In this document: piece after piece, positions 25,790-36,131 of the stretch
Layout: every line of letters starts with the position of its first letter
How positions within the stretch are numbered: position 1 is the stretch's first letter
From: a virus
Length of the DNA: 64,000 nucleotides
Reading direction: 5' to 3' (one strand)
Virus record (IMG/VR): IMGVR_UViG_3300008110_000025
Span: 1-64,000 of that record
The notes under the pieces: model-generated
The model's input: only the letters and a program-made list of their open reading frames with translations
What the model was told of the DNA's origin: nothing
Databases searched by the model: none
Position numbers and translations under genes: made by a program

Positions 25790-27991
25790 ATGTTCGGACA
25801 AGCATCAATTCCAAAGCAAAGAATCCCTCTTAATCAGAAGAATAAAGAGTGGAGAGAGAACTGTGTAGACGCATTCATTAACCTATCAAAGTTTGGTATA
25901 AGTGAACGACGCAGTTACCTTAAATCTCTATACGACTATTATAACGGAGTTATAGATGAAGAGGACTACAACTATGTTCTTAAGCCTTATGGTAAGACTA
26001 GAAGTCACTTCCCATCTAAGCTTAGAAATTACCCGATCATTAAGCCTATCATAGACCTTCTACTTGGGGAAAAGTCTAAACGTCCATTAGACTACACAGT
26101 AACTGTACAGAATGCAGACTCTGTAAGTATCAAAGAAGAGGCTCTTAAAAATCTACTTCTTGCTAATCTAAAAGCTCAGTTCCTTGCAGAATTGGCTAAG
26201 CAAGGAGAGATTGATTACGAAGCAGAACCCCCACAACTGCCTAAGCAAATAGCAGATGAATTCAATAGAACTTATGTAGACTCTAGAGCAATTGCTGGAC
26301 AAGCTAGCTTAAACTACATCATGTACTATAATGAAATCTATGATAAGATACAGAAACAATTCTTCCATTTCCTTGTAGCAGGAGAATGCTATTCACATAA
26401 GGGAGTTAGAAGAAACGAACCTTTTTATGAAGTTATCAATCCACTAGATGTAGACTATGACAAAGATCCAGACATTGATTTTGTTGAAGATGCAGACTGG
26501 GCAATACTTAGAAAATATTCTCATGCATCCACTATCATTGATGCTTATGGTGAATACTTAACTCCTGAACAAGTATTAGAGCTCGAGTCCCCAACACATA
26601 CATCTGCAGAAGCCTACCTTTTATATAGAGCAGAAGCTAGTGGTGCAGATGATAATATCTATCGTAATAGATTAATTGAGATTATATCAGTCTACTGGAA
26701 GAGTAGAAAGAGAATAGGTTTTGTAAGTTACATTGATCCTCTTACAGGTGTCGAAGAAATGTTTGATGTAGAGGAAGAGTATAAGTTACCACAGGAGTTA
26801 AAAGACCTAGGGGCTAAGATAACTTATGAGTGGGTCAATGAGGTTTGGGAGGGTACTAGAATTGATCGTAGATTCTACATTAACATTCGTCCTTACCCAA
26901 ACCAAAGGGCTAGCCTGGATAATCCATCTAAGTGCAAGCTCCCAATTAATGGAAGAAAATACTCAGATATTAACTCTCAGAGTGTTTCTCTAGTAAGCTT
27001 AGGTATTCCATACCAGCTTAACTATAACATTTACAAATACCGTCTTGAACTGGCTATAGCTCGTAGTAAAGATATCATTGCTCAATTTGACATTAACATG
27101 ATCCCTAAGAACTGGGACATGGATAAGTTCATGTACTTTGTAGAGGGTACAGGTATTGCTTGGGTAGATTACAACAAGGAAGGAATTCAACTATCTCCTC
27201 AGCATCAGTCTGTATTGGATATGTCTATCAAGACAATATCTCAATACCTTACTCTTCTAGAATCTATTATGATTGAGTGGGAGAAAGTTAGTGGAGTGAC
27301 TAGGCAGAGACAGGGCCAAATGGGTACCTATGAAGGAAAAGCTACATCTCAGCAGAGCATTGTTCAATCTTCGCACATTACTGAAGATATCTTTAGAAAG
27401 TTCTCTCACTTCGAGCAAAGAGAACTCCAAGGCCTTTTGGACTACTCAAAGGAAGCTTGGCTTAACGGAAAGAAGGCAATGTATGTAATGCCTGATGGTT
27501 CTATTAATCAAATAGATCTAGAACCAATAAAGCATATGGAGTCAGAATACGGAATCTTTGTTTCTGATGCTGGCAAAGACATTGAGAAGAAACGTCAAAT
27601 TGAAGGATTGGCTCAGTCTATGATTCAGAATGGCTTGCCAACTTCTGCTGTAATAAGTATATTTGAAAGTGAGAACTTCTCTCAGATTAAAGACAAAGTA
27701 GTTCAAGCTGAAAAAGCAGCTCAGGAATTGCAGCAAGCTCAGCAACAAGCAGAGCAAGAAATGAAGCAGCAAGAGTTAGAGATGAAACAGCAGGAAGTTG
27801 AAAGAGGATTTATTGAAAGAGAAAAGGATCGTCAACTTGAAATAGAAAAGGCTCTTATATCTGCTGAAGCTAGTGAGAAAGGAAGTAATGCTAATCTTGA
27901 AAAGATGATGCAAGATTTTCAAATTAAGCAGCAACAGTTGGCTCTTAAAGAAAGAGAACTAGATATAAAGGCAAATCAAACTAATGAATAA
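25790..27991 (+). CDS. portal protein
   Basis: 733 aa after TerL; NYPIIKPIIDLLLGE, WVNEVWEGTRI, SGVTRQRQGQ; Q/E-rich C-terminal barrel. Confidence 0.92.
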   Translation: MFGQASIPKQRIPLNQKNKEWRENCVDAFINLSKFGISERRSYLKSLYDYYNGVIDEEDYNYVLKPYGKTRSHFPSKLRNYPIIKPIIDLLLGEKSKRPLDYTVTVQNADSVSIKEEALKNLLLANLKAQFLAELAKQGEIDYEAEPPQLPKQIADEFNRTYVDSRAIAGQASLNYIMYYNEIYDKIQKQFFHFLVAGECYSHKGVRRNEPFYEVINPLDVDYDKDPDIDFVEDADWAILRKYSHASTIIDAYGEYLTPEQVLELESPTHTSAEAYLLYRAEASGADDNIYRNRLIEIISVYWKSRKRIGFVSYIDPLTGVEEMFDVEEEYKLPQELKDLGAKITYEWVNEVWEGTRIDRRFYINIRPYPNQRASLDNPSKCKLPINGRKYSDINSQSVSLVSLGIPYQLNYNIYKYRLELAIARSKDIIAQFDINMIPKNWDMDKFMYFVEGTGIAWVDYNKEGIQLSPQHQSVLDMSIKTISQYLTLLESIMIEWEKVSGVTRQRQGQMGTYEGKATSQQSIVQSSHITEDIFRKFSHFEQRELQGLLDYSKEAWLNGKKAMYVMPDGSINQIDLEPIKHMESEYGIFVSDAGKDIEKKRQIEGLAQSMIQNGLPTSAVISIFESENFSQIKDKVVQAEKAAQELQQAQQQAEQEMKQQELEMKQQEVERGFIEREKDRQLEIEKALISAEASEKGSNANLEKMMQDFQIKQQQLALKERELDIKANQTNE

Positions 27992-28691
27992 CTCAACTAG
28001 AAGGGAATTACTTAATAAGTCTAGATCTATAGGATATCCTGGAAATATCCTAGAGGTTTTTAGTGCTTATGACCAAGGTAGAGATCTTCTATCAGAGTAT
28101 ACTGCAGAGCAACAGGCTAATATGCAAGTTGCTGAAACTCCACAAGAACAAGAACAAGGATTACGACCTGCACATGCAGCTGGAAACGTAGATCAATCTA
28201 TGGCCTTCCCTAATATTCAACCTGGGCAGAGTTTTAGTACTGAGGGGATGAAAATCCCTATCAATATAGATAAGATTGATAATCAAGGTAACTTAGTAGA
28301 GTCTTATAAGTCTGTACCTCCTGGGATACAAAACTTTCCAACTGGTCCATATGCAGGAACAGTAATAGAATCACCTGCTAAATCATATGCTAGTGGAGGT
28401 CCTAACATAGGAGGAATGCCTATGCCAACTCTTCCTCAAGAAGAACCTCAGCAAGAAGAAGCTCCTCAAATGCTTGAGCAGCAACCTCCTATGCATACTA
28501 ACATGCATACCCCTGGAAGTTTAGGAAATCACATGTATCCTTTCATGAAAAAGGGTCAAAGTGGAGAAATGTACTACGATGCAACAGCTCAAATGCAAGA
28601 AGATCAACCGATAGAACCCATGCAAAATACCTATTTCAAGGGGGGTTTAAGGAACAGAGTGCGATATAATAAAGCTAAGTATAAAAGATAA
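27984..28691 (+). CDS. hypothetical virion-associated protein
   Basis: 235 aa between portal and scaffold; YASGG and YFKGG motifs. Confidence 0.75.
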   Translation: MNNSTRRELLNKSRSIGYPGNILEVFSAYDQGRDLLSEYTAEQQANMQVAETPQEQEQGLRPAHAAGNVDQSMAFPNIQPGQSFSTEGMKIPINIDKIDNQGNLVESYKSVPPGIQNFPTGPYAGTVIESPAKSYASGGPNIGGMPMPTLPQEEPQQEEAPQMLEQQPPMHTNMHTPGSLGNHMYPFMKKGQSGEMYYDATAQMQEDQPIEPMQNTYFKGGLRNRVRYNKAKYKR

Positions 28692-28721
28692 ATTTATACT
28701 TTCGACCAAAGTACTTACTAA

Positions 28722-28729
28722 TATATTTG
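28722..28729 (+). promoter_or_regulatory. Bacteroidota -7 promoter box TATATTTG
   Basis: TAnnTTTG 4 nt before the ATG at 28734. Confidence 0.6.
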
Positions 28730-28733
28730 TAAT

Positions 28734-29840
28734 ATGGCAACCAAAGAACAGAAATTAAACATTGCAGACATCACCTTCGACGATTTTATTGGTGATGGCT
28801 TAACTACTACAGAGGATTCTAAAGAGACCTCTGAAAACCTTGACACTTTAGAAGATGAACCAGAGGATACGGCTGATTCTGATGATGATGCAGATACTCC
28901 CGATTCTGACGATAATGATAGTGAAGATACTACTGATGAAGATGATAACGAAGATTCAGAGGGTAACGAATATGAAGAGTCAGATGAGGATACATCGATT
29001 GCAGAATCTATTGCAAAAGCTTTGGGGTACGATATCGAAAACAACTACGAGGATACTGAAGAAGGTCTGGTAGAGTTTACTAAAGATATTGCTCAGAACA
29101 TTGCAGAAGATCAAATCAATGAATTGTTTCAACAATTCCCTCTAGTTCAGAAACATCTTGACTTTGTAATGGCTGGTGGAGACTCTGAGAAGTTCTTCCA
29201 AGCTTACAATCCTAATCTGGATTACAGCCAGTATGAGATTGACAAAGGAGATATTAGAACCCAAAAGGCTTTCGTATCTGAATACTTTAAGACTAAAGGG
29301 CATGACGAAGAGTTTATCAAAGACATGCTCGAGGATTATGAAGATTCAGGTAAACTCTATGACAAAGCTACAATTGCTCAAAAGCAACTAGCTAATGTTC
29401 AAAGAGAAGAAAGAGAAAGACTTGTAGAAGAACAGAAACAAATTCAAGCTCAAACTGCTAAGCAGCAACAAGAGTTTTGGGAGAATGTAGCTAATGTTAT
29501 TGATGAGGGTAAAGAATTTGCTGGGATCCGTATCCCTGAGAAAGAGAAAGCAAAGTTCTTCGATTATATATCGGCCCCTATTAATAAGAATGGAGCTACT
29601 AAAAGAGATGAAGATTATGCTAATGCCGAACTTGAGGTCAAACTAGCAGTTGACTATTTGATGTTCAAGGGCTTTAAGCTTAACGATATTATTAGCACTA
29701 AGGCTAAAACTGAAAGTGCTAGAAACCTTAAAGAGAAGTTGATTAACCAGCAAGAGAGGGTTAAGAACTACGGAAAGGTTGATAAGAAAATGACAAAATT
29801 TGATCCAGACAAACTGGATATGAAGAGGCTGTTTGAATAA
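28734..29840 (+). CDS. scaffold-like protein upstream of MCP
   Basis: Very acidic N-terminus, helical/coiled-coil remainder, position before MCP. Confidence 0.75.
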   Translation: MATKEQKLNIADITFDDFIGDGLTTTEDSKETSENLDTLEDEPEDTADSDDDADTPDSDDNDSEDTTDEDDNEDSEGNEYEESDEDTSIAESIAKALGYDIENNYEDTEEGLVEFTKDIAQNIAEDQINELFQQFPLVQKHLDFVMAGGDSEKFFQAYNPNLDYSQYEIDKGDIRTQKAFVSEYFKTKGHDEEFIKDMLEDYEDSGKLYDKATIAQKQLANVQREERERLVEEQKQIQAQTAKQQQEFWENVANVIDEGKEFAGIRIPEKEKAKFFDYISAPINKNGATKRDEDYANAELEVKLAVDYLMFKGFKLNDIISTKAKTESARNLKEKLINQQERVKNYGKVDKKMTKFDPDKLDMKRLFE

Positions 29841-29877
29841 ACTCAGACAACAATTAACTTTTAAAATTATATAGATC

Positions 29878-31290
29878 ATGGCACTAATGCAAGTACTTAA
29901 GACTTACTATAATGATGCACAGATGACTGACACTAACTCGTTGGTTAATGCACTTATGGAACGTCCAGCGGAGCTCTCTCCGATTATTACTCATTTGGCT
30001 GGTCGTGAGGAGAAAAAATTCCCGTTGTCTTTCTTGACAGAAGGTGTTGGTAATACTCGCTCAATTGACCGTTATGAGTACGAATACCGTGTTAAAACAC
30101 ACGAAATTAATGTTCGTCCAGTTATCGCAAGTGTTGGAAACGGCACAGGTGGTGCTGCTTTTACCCTTACTTTCCCTGATAAGTGGTTCATTTTCCCTTA
30201 TACTTTGGTATCTCAGTCTGGTACACTAGCTCGTATTATGACTGAGCCAGTAGCTGATGGTGCTGGTTGGAAATACACTTTGAAGATTGTATCTCCAGAT
30301 GTTCCAAACGTAGCAGCAGCTGATCTAGTTGATGGTGCTCTTTGGGGTATGTTGTATGCTAACGTGGGTATTGACTTCTCACGTGGTAATGCATCTAACT
30401 GGACTGCTCCAGGTCTTGTTCGTTCTAAGATTGGTACTGTACGTAAGTCTTACCATTTCTCTGGTAACGCTAAAGATTATGTAGCTCAGTTCGAGTTGCC
30501 TTTGAAAGAAGGTTCTAAGACTAAGTTGTGGATGGATTACGAAGAGTACCGTCACATGCTTAAGTTCAAAGAAGAATGTGAAATGTACTACTGGTATGGT
30601 CAGAAGACTCACGATGCTAATGGTGTTAGCACTATGCTCGATGAGAACGGCCAACCTGTAATCTCAGGTCCTGGTTTGCTTGAGCAAATCATTAATAAGG
30701 ACACTTACTCTACTCTTACTCAAGCTAAACTTGAGGAGACTATCGGTGATTTGTTCTATGGTATGACTGATGCTACTGACAAGCAAGTTACTTTGTACAC
30801 TGGTATCGGTGGTGCTCGTGAATTTGACCGTGCACTTAAGTCTTACTACTCTGCTAATCCTTATCTTCAAACTACCCAGCCAACCTTCATCACTGGTTCT
30901 GGTCGTAGCTTGGGTATTACTGGTTACTTCACTACTTATGAGCACGTAGATGGTCATAAAGTAAACGTAGTTAAGTCTCCTTTGTTTGATCACGGTCCTG
31001 TGGCTCAAGCTTCTAAGAAGCACCCAGTATCTGGTCTTCCACTCGAGTCTTATCGTATGGTGTTTGTTGACCAGTCTACTTATGATGGTGAGAATAACCT
31101 TCAGATGGTAAACAAAAAAGGTCGTGAAATGCTCCGTTGGTGTGTAGCAGGTTCAGTAGTTCCAAAAGGATTCACTGAAACTGACACCAGAGCTAGTGAT
31201 ATAGACGGTGCTTCTGTGCACATGTTGAAGACTGCTGGTATCCTACTTCGTCGTTTCGATACTAGCTTGGATCTTCAGTGTAACGCATAG
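29878..31290 (+). CDS. major capsid protein (crAss-like)
   Basis: 470 aa, strongly optimised codons, ENGQPVISGPGLLEQI, LYTGIGGAREF and HPVSGLPLESYRM motifs; followed by a terminator. Confidence 0.92.
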   Translation: MALMQVLKTYYNDAQMTDTNSLVNALMERPAELSPIITHLAGREEKKFPLSFLTEGVGNTRSIDRYEYEYRVKTHEINVRPVIASVGNGTGGAAFTLTFPDKWFIFPYTLVSQSGTLARIMTEPVADGAGWKYTLKIVSPDVPNVAAADLVDGALWGMLYANVGIDFSRGNASNWTAPGLVRSKIGTVRKSYHFSGNAKDYVAQFELPLKEGSKTKLWMDYEEYRHMLKFKEECEMYYWYGQKTHDANGVSTMLDENGQPVISGPGLLEQIINKDTYSTLTQAKLEETIGDLFYGMTDATDKQVTLYTGIGGAREFDRALKSYYSANPYLQTTQPTFITGSGRSLGITGYFTTYEHVDGHKVNVVKSPLFDHGPVAQASKKHPVSGLPLESYRMVFVDQSTYDGENNLQMVNKKGREMLRWCVAGSVVPKGFTETDTRASDIDGASVHMLKTAGILLRRFDTSLDLQCNA

Positions 31291-31310
31291 TAGTTTATTT
31301 GGTTTGCACT

Positions 31311-31339
31311 AAAAAGGGGGGTAACCATTCCCCCCTTTT
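31311..31339 (+). terminator. intrinsic terminator after MCP
   Basis: A5-GGGGGG-TAACCAT-TCCCCC-T5. Confidence 0.85.
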
Positions 31340-31400
31340 AAACATAAAACCCTAGGTTATTCTTTCTCCTAGGCTTAACTAAAGCAAAAAGAACATTATT

Positions 31401-32207
31401 ATGGATAAGAAAATTTTTATTAGAAGAAAAGAGGTTCTAAACCACCTTCCAAAGGAGATTAGAGCTGGAGCTAAAGTTAAAATCGGATCTATTTTTATAG
31501 ACCGTCTCCCACTCAAAGGAGTAGATGGAGAAGAGGAAGCTAAATTATTGAAAGGAATTATAGATGTTCCAGCAACTCACCAAGATTGGCCAGCAAAGAC
31601 TAAAGATTTTTGGGCTAGCCTTAGCTTAAAAATACCTTTCGAGGGAGTTGAATTGAACATTGGTACCCATGATGATGGTACCCCAGTAAGTGCAATGGAT
31701 TATATTTACTGGAAATGGTGCATGAAACATAGACAAGTAGCTATTTCTGAAGAAGAAATGAACACAGATTCAAGCAAAAAGTTCTATATTTATGACCCAC
31801 AAAAGGACTTGTTGAAGAAGAACGAAAAGGTACAAGTTAAGAAAGATGCTGACAAGGAGTTTATTAAACTCAGTGGCAACATGGATAAAGTTAAAATGTT
31901 GACTAGAGTTCTTATGGGGACAGACCCAGAAAGACTTTCGTCAATGGAACTTGAGAATAACCTGTACGACTATAAAGAAAAGAATCCAGAGAGGTTTTTA
32001 AAATATAGTCTAGATGATAACCTTGAATTGAGAGCTGAAATTGAAACTATGGTTGAAAAGTCAGTTCTTCGTAAGATTGGAAACCAACTAATCTACGAGG
32101 ATGAGACAATCGGAGAGGATATCAAAGATGCAATCGTATATTTCAAAAATAAGAAAAACTCAGGTCAAGTAAATATCATGAGAGCTAGACTCCAAGAAGT
32201 GATATAA
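31401..32207 (+). CDS. conserved crAss-like structural-module protein downstream of MCP
   Basis: 268 aa; position and the C-terminal IG...DAIVYFKNKKN pattern. Confidence 0.7.
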   Translation: MDKKIFIRRKEVLNHLPKEIRAGAKVKIGSIFIDRLPLKGVDGEEEAKLLKGIIDVPATHQDWPAKTKDFWASLSLKIPFEGVELNIGTHDDGTPVSAMDYIYWKWCMKHRQVAISEEEMNTDSSKKFYIYDPQKDLLKKNEKVQVKKDADKEFIKLSGNMDKVKMLTRVLMGTDPERLSSMELENNLYDYKEKNPERFLKYSLDDNLELRAEIETMVEKSVLRKIGNQLIYEDETIGEDIKDAIVYFKNKKNSGQVNIMRARLQEVI

Positions 32208-33377
32208 ATGACTGTAAACGAGATGCATATAGCTGTCAACCTGGGGGTGCAAAAACTTGCATCCTTCCAGGCTGACAACCTCTTACCTGAGGAAATTGAT
32301 CATGAGTTAAATCTCTCTGTTATGAGATTCATAAAGCAGAGATATAACCCTAGTTCTAATAGACAGGGTAAAGGCTTTGAGCAATCTCAGAAAAGGATAG
32401 ATGATTTAAAGCATCTTGTTAGCACTCAAACAGGAACTACTGCATCTTTTGGATATGCAGGAGATACATTAGGAGGATACATATACACTGCTAATAATAG
32501 TAATATCTATGTAGATAGATATACTCTCCCGCTAGATTACTTGTTTCTAGTAAACATTACTGCTCAAGTGTACTATGAGTGTAATGCTTCTATTTTTCCT
32601 AAGTATACTCCAAATTTTGTAAATTTATATACAGCTGAACTAGATCTTACTCCTCCACTTCCTGGATACTTTTTAAGTATGATTGAAAGATGGGATACAG
32701 CTAGCAACAACTGGACACAGATTACAAACGTACCATTAGGAGAAGAATTAACTAGAGACTTACTTATTAATCAAACTACATATTTCAATATACCTAGTTT
32801 AAAAGCTACTATCAATGATCTTCGTGTTGGAGCATTAAATGATACTGCTCAAGGAAATAGTGTAATAGATAGTAATACTTTATATTTAGAAAGATATAAT
32901 GCTCCATTTGAAACAGATCCTAATACAGGATATTACTTAAGACTTACATGGTTAGATGATACGGGTCCATCTAATGCTATCTATGTTTCTATTAATAAAT
33001 ATATATACTTTCAAACTTCTACAGAAAGAAGAGCACCTACTGCTAGCAATAGATTAAGCTACTGTAAGTTTGCTCAGCATGATGATATTATTGCAATGAT
33101 GGATGACCCATTTAATATCACAGATTATAGGTCTCCAATTTATACAATTAGAGAAAATTATATAGATATCCATACGGATAACACATTTGTTGTCCCTAAT
33201 GTATTTATTAACTATATTAGAAAACCTAAGAACATTTCACTAAGTACTGGAGTAGGTTGTGAATTACCAATTCATACCCATGACGAGATTATTGAAATGA
33301 CTGTAAAGAGCATACTTGAGGGCTTTGAGTCCCAAAGGTATCAATCACAATCAATGGAAACATTTGAAAGTGAATAA
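32208..33377 (+). CDS. putative tail ring protein
   Basis: GFEQSQKRIDDL, NYIRKP, CELP..THDEII pattern of crAss-like ring proteins, with a central insertion. Confidence 0.7.
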   Translation: MTVNEMHIAVNLGVQKLASFQADNLLPEEIDHELNLSVMRFIKQRYNPSSNRQGKGFEQSQKRIDDLKHLVSTQTGTTASFGYAGDTLGGYIYTANNSNIYVDRYTLPLDYLFLVNITAQVYYECNASIFPKYTPNFVNLYTAELDLTPPLPGYFLSMIERWDTASNNWTQITNVPLGEELTRDLLINQTTYFNIPSLKATINDLRVGALNDTAQGNSVIDSNTLYLERYNAPFETDPNTGYYLRLTWLDDTGPSNAIYVSINKYIYFQTSTERRAPTASNRLSYCKFAQHDDIIAMMDDPFNITDYRSPIYTIRENYIDIHTDNTFVVPNVFINYIRKPKNISLSTGVGCELPIHTHDEIIEMTVKSILEGFESQRYQSQSMETFESE

Positions 33378-33414
33378 TTCAAATAATGTGTTTAACGCCT
33401 AAAATTTAAAAAAA

Positions 33415-34443
33415 ATGGCACCTCAAAATTTAAATCAGGTATTTGTAGCTAACAGTGGAGTTTTGTTGGATGACGCTGAAGCTTTTAATACTGCAGCAGC
33501 TGTAACAGCATCTAAAGTTGGTGTGTGGAATCTTGGAATTGCTACTCCAGCATACATTGATATCACTACTCCTGCAGATATGATGTCTTTGCAAGGCCCT
33601 ATTCAAATTGTACAAACAATGCCTTCTGGTAGTTTGCCTATTGCTTCTCCTATTATCGATATTAAAGATATTAAGAGAATTAAGCATACTCCTGCAGCAG
33701 CATCTGTAAGACATTCTGCAGCTATTAATGTTGGTAATCCTACTACTGGAGATAATGTTATGGTTCGTATTGCACTTCGCACTGCACCTACAGCTTATGC
33801 TAATTACTACCAAGATGGAACTGCTGTTGATCTTTCTGCATCAAATACTCAGTTTCCTCTAATTGGTAATTTCTCTGCAGGTCGTATGATCTTCAACATT
33901 GAAGTTACTGGTGCTGAGCATGCAGCTGCTGAAGCAACATTGTATGATAAAATCATTGAAAAGCTTCAGGCTAATCAAACCCTTAATGACTTGTTCAGTA
34001 CTACTGATAATGGTACTGATATGGTAATTGCTGCACGTCACGCAGGAGTTGTATTTGATGTTACTATTGCTTATAGCAGTGGAACTAACACTGGAACAGC
34101 TTTGACTGCTCCAACTATGACTGGCTTTGATGCTGGTGCTGGTAACTACTGGCAAGTACTTTCTGACGAAAAATCTTGTCGTTCTAAATATGGCAATTTT
34201 AACAGAATGTATTTCCCATACAATTTCCCAACTTTTGCTCAAAGTGGTACTAGTTACGATGTTGTAGAAATTCAATATGCTCACGCTCATCCATCAGATA
34301 CTGGTATCGCTAGAGCAGGTGAATTGAATACTATCAAGATCTATATTGTAGATACTGCTGCTGGTTCGACTACAGCTGATACAGTATTCCTTGGAGCATC
34401 AGCTGCTAACTGGGGTGCTACTGCAACAGAAAGATTGTTCTAA
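33415..34443 (+). CDS. putative auxiliary capsid/decoration protein
   Basis: Ala/Thr-rich, optimised codons, followed by a strong terminator; position as in crAss-like phages. Confidence 0.6.
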   Translation: MAPQNLNQVFVANSGVLLDDAEAFNTAAAVTASKVGVWNLGIATPAYIDITTPADMMSLQGPIQIVQTMPSGSLPIASPIIDIKDIKRIKHTPAAASVRHSAAINVGNPTTGDNVMVRIALRTAPTAYANYYQDGTAVDLSASNTQFPLIGNFSAGRMIFNIEVTGAEHAAAEATLYDKIIEKLQANQTLNDLFSTTDNGTDMVIAARHAGVVFDVTIAYSSGTNTGTALTAPTMTGFDAGAGNYWQVLSDEKSCRSKYGNFNRMYFPYNFPTFAQSGTSYDVVEIQYAHAHPSDTGIARAGELNTIKIYIVDTAAGSTTADTVFLGASAANWGATATERLF

Positions 34444-34456
34444 TCTAATTAAATTG

Positions 34457-34485
34457 AAAAGTAGGGGAGCAATCCCCTACTTTTT
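34457..34485 (+). terminator. intrinsic terminator
   Basis: AAAA-GTAGGGGA-GCAA-TCCCCTAC-TTTTT. Confidence 0.9.
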
Positions 34486-34511
34486 CTTATCTTTACACAA
34501 ACTATAAGCTA

Positions 34512-34994
34512 ATGCCAGCTAGAATCGAGTCTATAACTATTTCTCCAAACGGAAAGAATATAACAACAGTAGTAAGTGGTATTCCTACTAGTGATAAGCT
34601 TACGTATTACAACTACACTACTACTACTAACTATGCAAGTGCTACAATAGCCTCAGACGCTAATGATATTCTAACTTGGAGCTTAGATTCATCAGCTGCT
34701 GGAGAAATATTTAATGGCATAATTAGTATGACATTAGAAAGTACTGGAGCTAGTAGTTATGTAGTTGGAACTACAGAGATAGATTGTTGTATAGCAGGTT
34801 TAGTAGAAAGAGGCATTACCTGCACCTGTCAATGTGATAGGTGTGATGAAGACTTAAGAACTGCACAAAAGATAAGTCTACTTGTACAAGGAGCTAAACA
34901 TGCTGCTTTTACTCCTGCTAATATTACAGATTCAATCCTTAAATACGATAAAGCTAAAAGCTTTTGCACTGCAACATGTGCATGTGGCTGTTAA
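34512..34994 (+). CDS. Cys-rich structural protein (tail hub-like)
   Basis: DCC, CTCQCDRC and terminal CTATCACGC; position. Confidence 0.6.
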   Translation: MPARIESITISPNGKNITTVVSGIPTSDKLTYYNYTTTTNYASATIASDANDILTWSLDSSAAGEIFNGIISMTLESTGASSYVVGTTEIDCCIAGLVERGITCTCQCDRCDEDLRTAQKISLLVQGAKHAAFTPANITDSILKYDKAKSFCTATCACGC

Positions 34995-35005
34995 TATACT
35001 AACTG

Positions 35006-36127
35006 ATGGCAATTTGTAGAACCTGTTCAACTGATGGTATAAGCACTCCGTGTGACGGAGCAGTCATAACTATTTATGATGCAACTACTAGGGAGTTTTT
35101 TGAAGTAATTCCTATAATACAAGCATCAAGTGATGGTACTACTTATTATTATAGATTTACTTATCGTACTACAGAAGGAGAATTTAATTATACAATTTAT
35201 TCAAGAGATTCTGGAGTAAATTGGATATTTATACAGGATAGTAATCAGATAGCAGGTGCAACTGCTATTATTCCAGCAGGAGGATCATGTCCCCCAGAAG
35301 GTGTATGGACGCCAACAGGAGATTTAAAACTTTGGGTAACAGAAATAGAAAATCAACTTATCCCTACAGAAAGTTTAGATCCCGCACTTACTTGTATATC
35401 ATCGGCAAATGTTCCCAGCACAGCTAATACTTTAGATTACGATACTGTTCTTGCTAACTTTACAAGTTGTTTTAACACTAAAGTTACCACTTATTATAAC
35501 AAAATATCTGGAGGAGTTCCTTGTGATAATCTGGAACTCACTAAAATGCAACTTATTCTCAATCTTTTAGATAAGAAAGATTGTGATTCCAATGCATTAG
35601 AATGTCTTTACAATAGAACTCCTCTACCTGGAGTACAGTTCCAGGCAATAGAGACACTACCGTATATAACAACTGTATTTGCAACACCATATGACTACTC
35701 TAAAGTAGAGACTACAGGAGACTTTAGAGAATATAAAGGATATACTGTAACAGTAACTAGAGCAACAGGACAAGATGTAAGTCATACAATAGTAGATGTA
35801 GAGTATGTAGCAGGTACTAATATCAGTACATTTACTATATCTCCAGCAGGAGAAGCACCAGCTTACTCAGCTTTAGTTGCAGAACTATCAGCTCCAACCT
35901 ATACCTCTACTACATACTTAGAGACTTTTTTAAACTTTGCAAATAAATACTGTGCAGATTGCATAGTAACCCCAGATACTATATCATTAACTGGTGGTGG
36001 AACTAAAGGAAAAGCACCAGTATCAGCCGATCTAGATCCAACAGCAGACTACCTTACTAAAGAAGGAACTGCTACAGCAAATGTATTAATTTACTTAGAA
36101 AGTGAGTTCCCAATCAATTTAATATAA
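35006..36127 (+). CDS. structural protein (tail hub/fibre attachment-like)
   Basis: 373 aa with scattered Cys pairs, between hub-like and fibre genes. Confidence 0.6.
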   Translation: MAICRTCSTDGISTPCDGAVITIYDATTREFFEVIPIIQASSDGTTYYYRFTYRTTEGEFNYTIYSRDSGVNWIFIQDSNQIAGATAIIPAGGSCPPEGVWTPTGDLKLWVTEIENQLIPTESLDPALTCISSANVPSTANTLDYDTVLANFTSCFNTKVTTYYNKISGGVPCDNLELTKMQLILNLLDKKDCDSNALECLYNRTPLPGVQFQAIETLPYITTVFATPYDYSKVETTGDFREYKGYTVTVTRATGQDVSHTIVDVEYVAGTNISTFTISPAGEAPAYSALVAELSAPTYTSTTYLETFLNFANKYCADCIVTPDTISLTGGGTKGKAPVSADLDPTADYLTKEGTATANVLIYLESEFPINLI

Positions 36128-36131
36128 AAAC

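Noticed and set aside
31288-31341. MCP C-terminal extension by read-through
   Set aside because: Tandem TAG TAG followed by a terminator and a short closed frame
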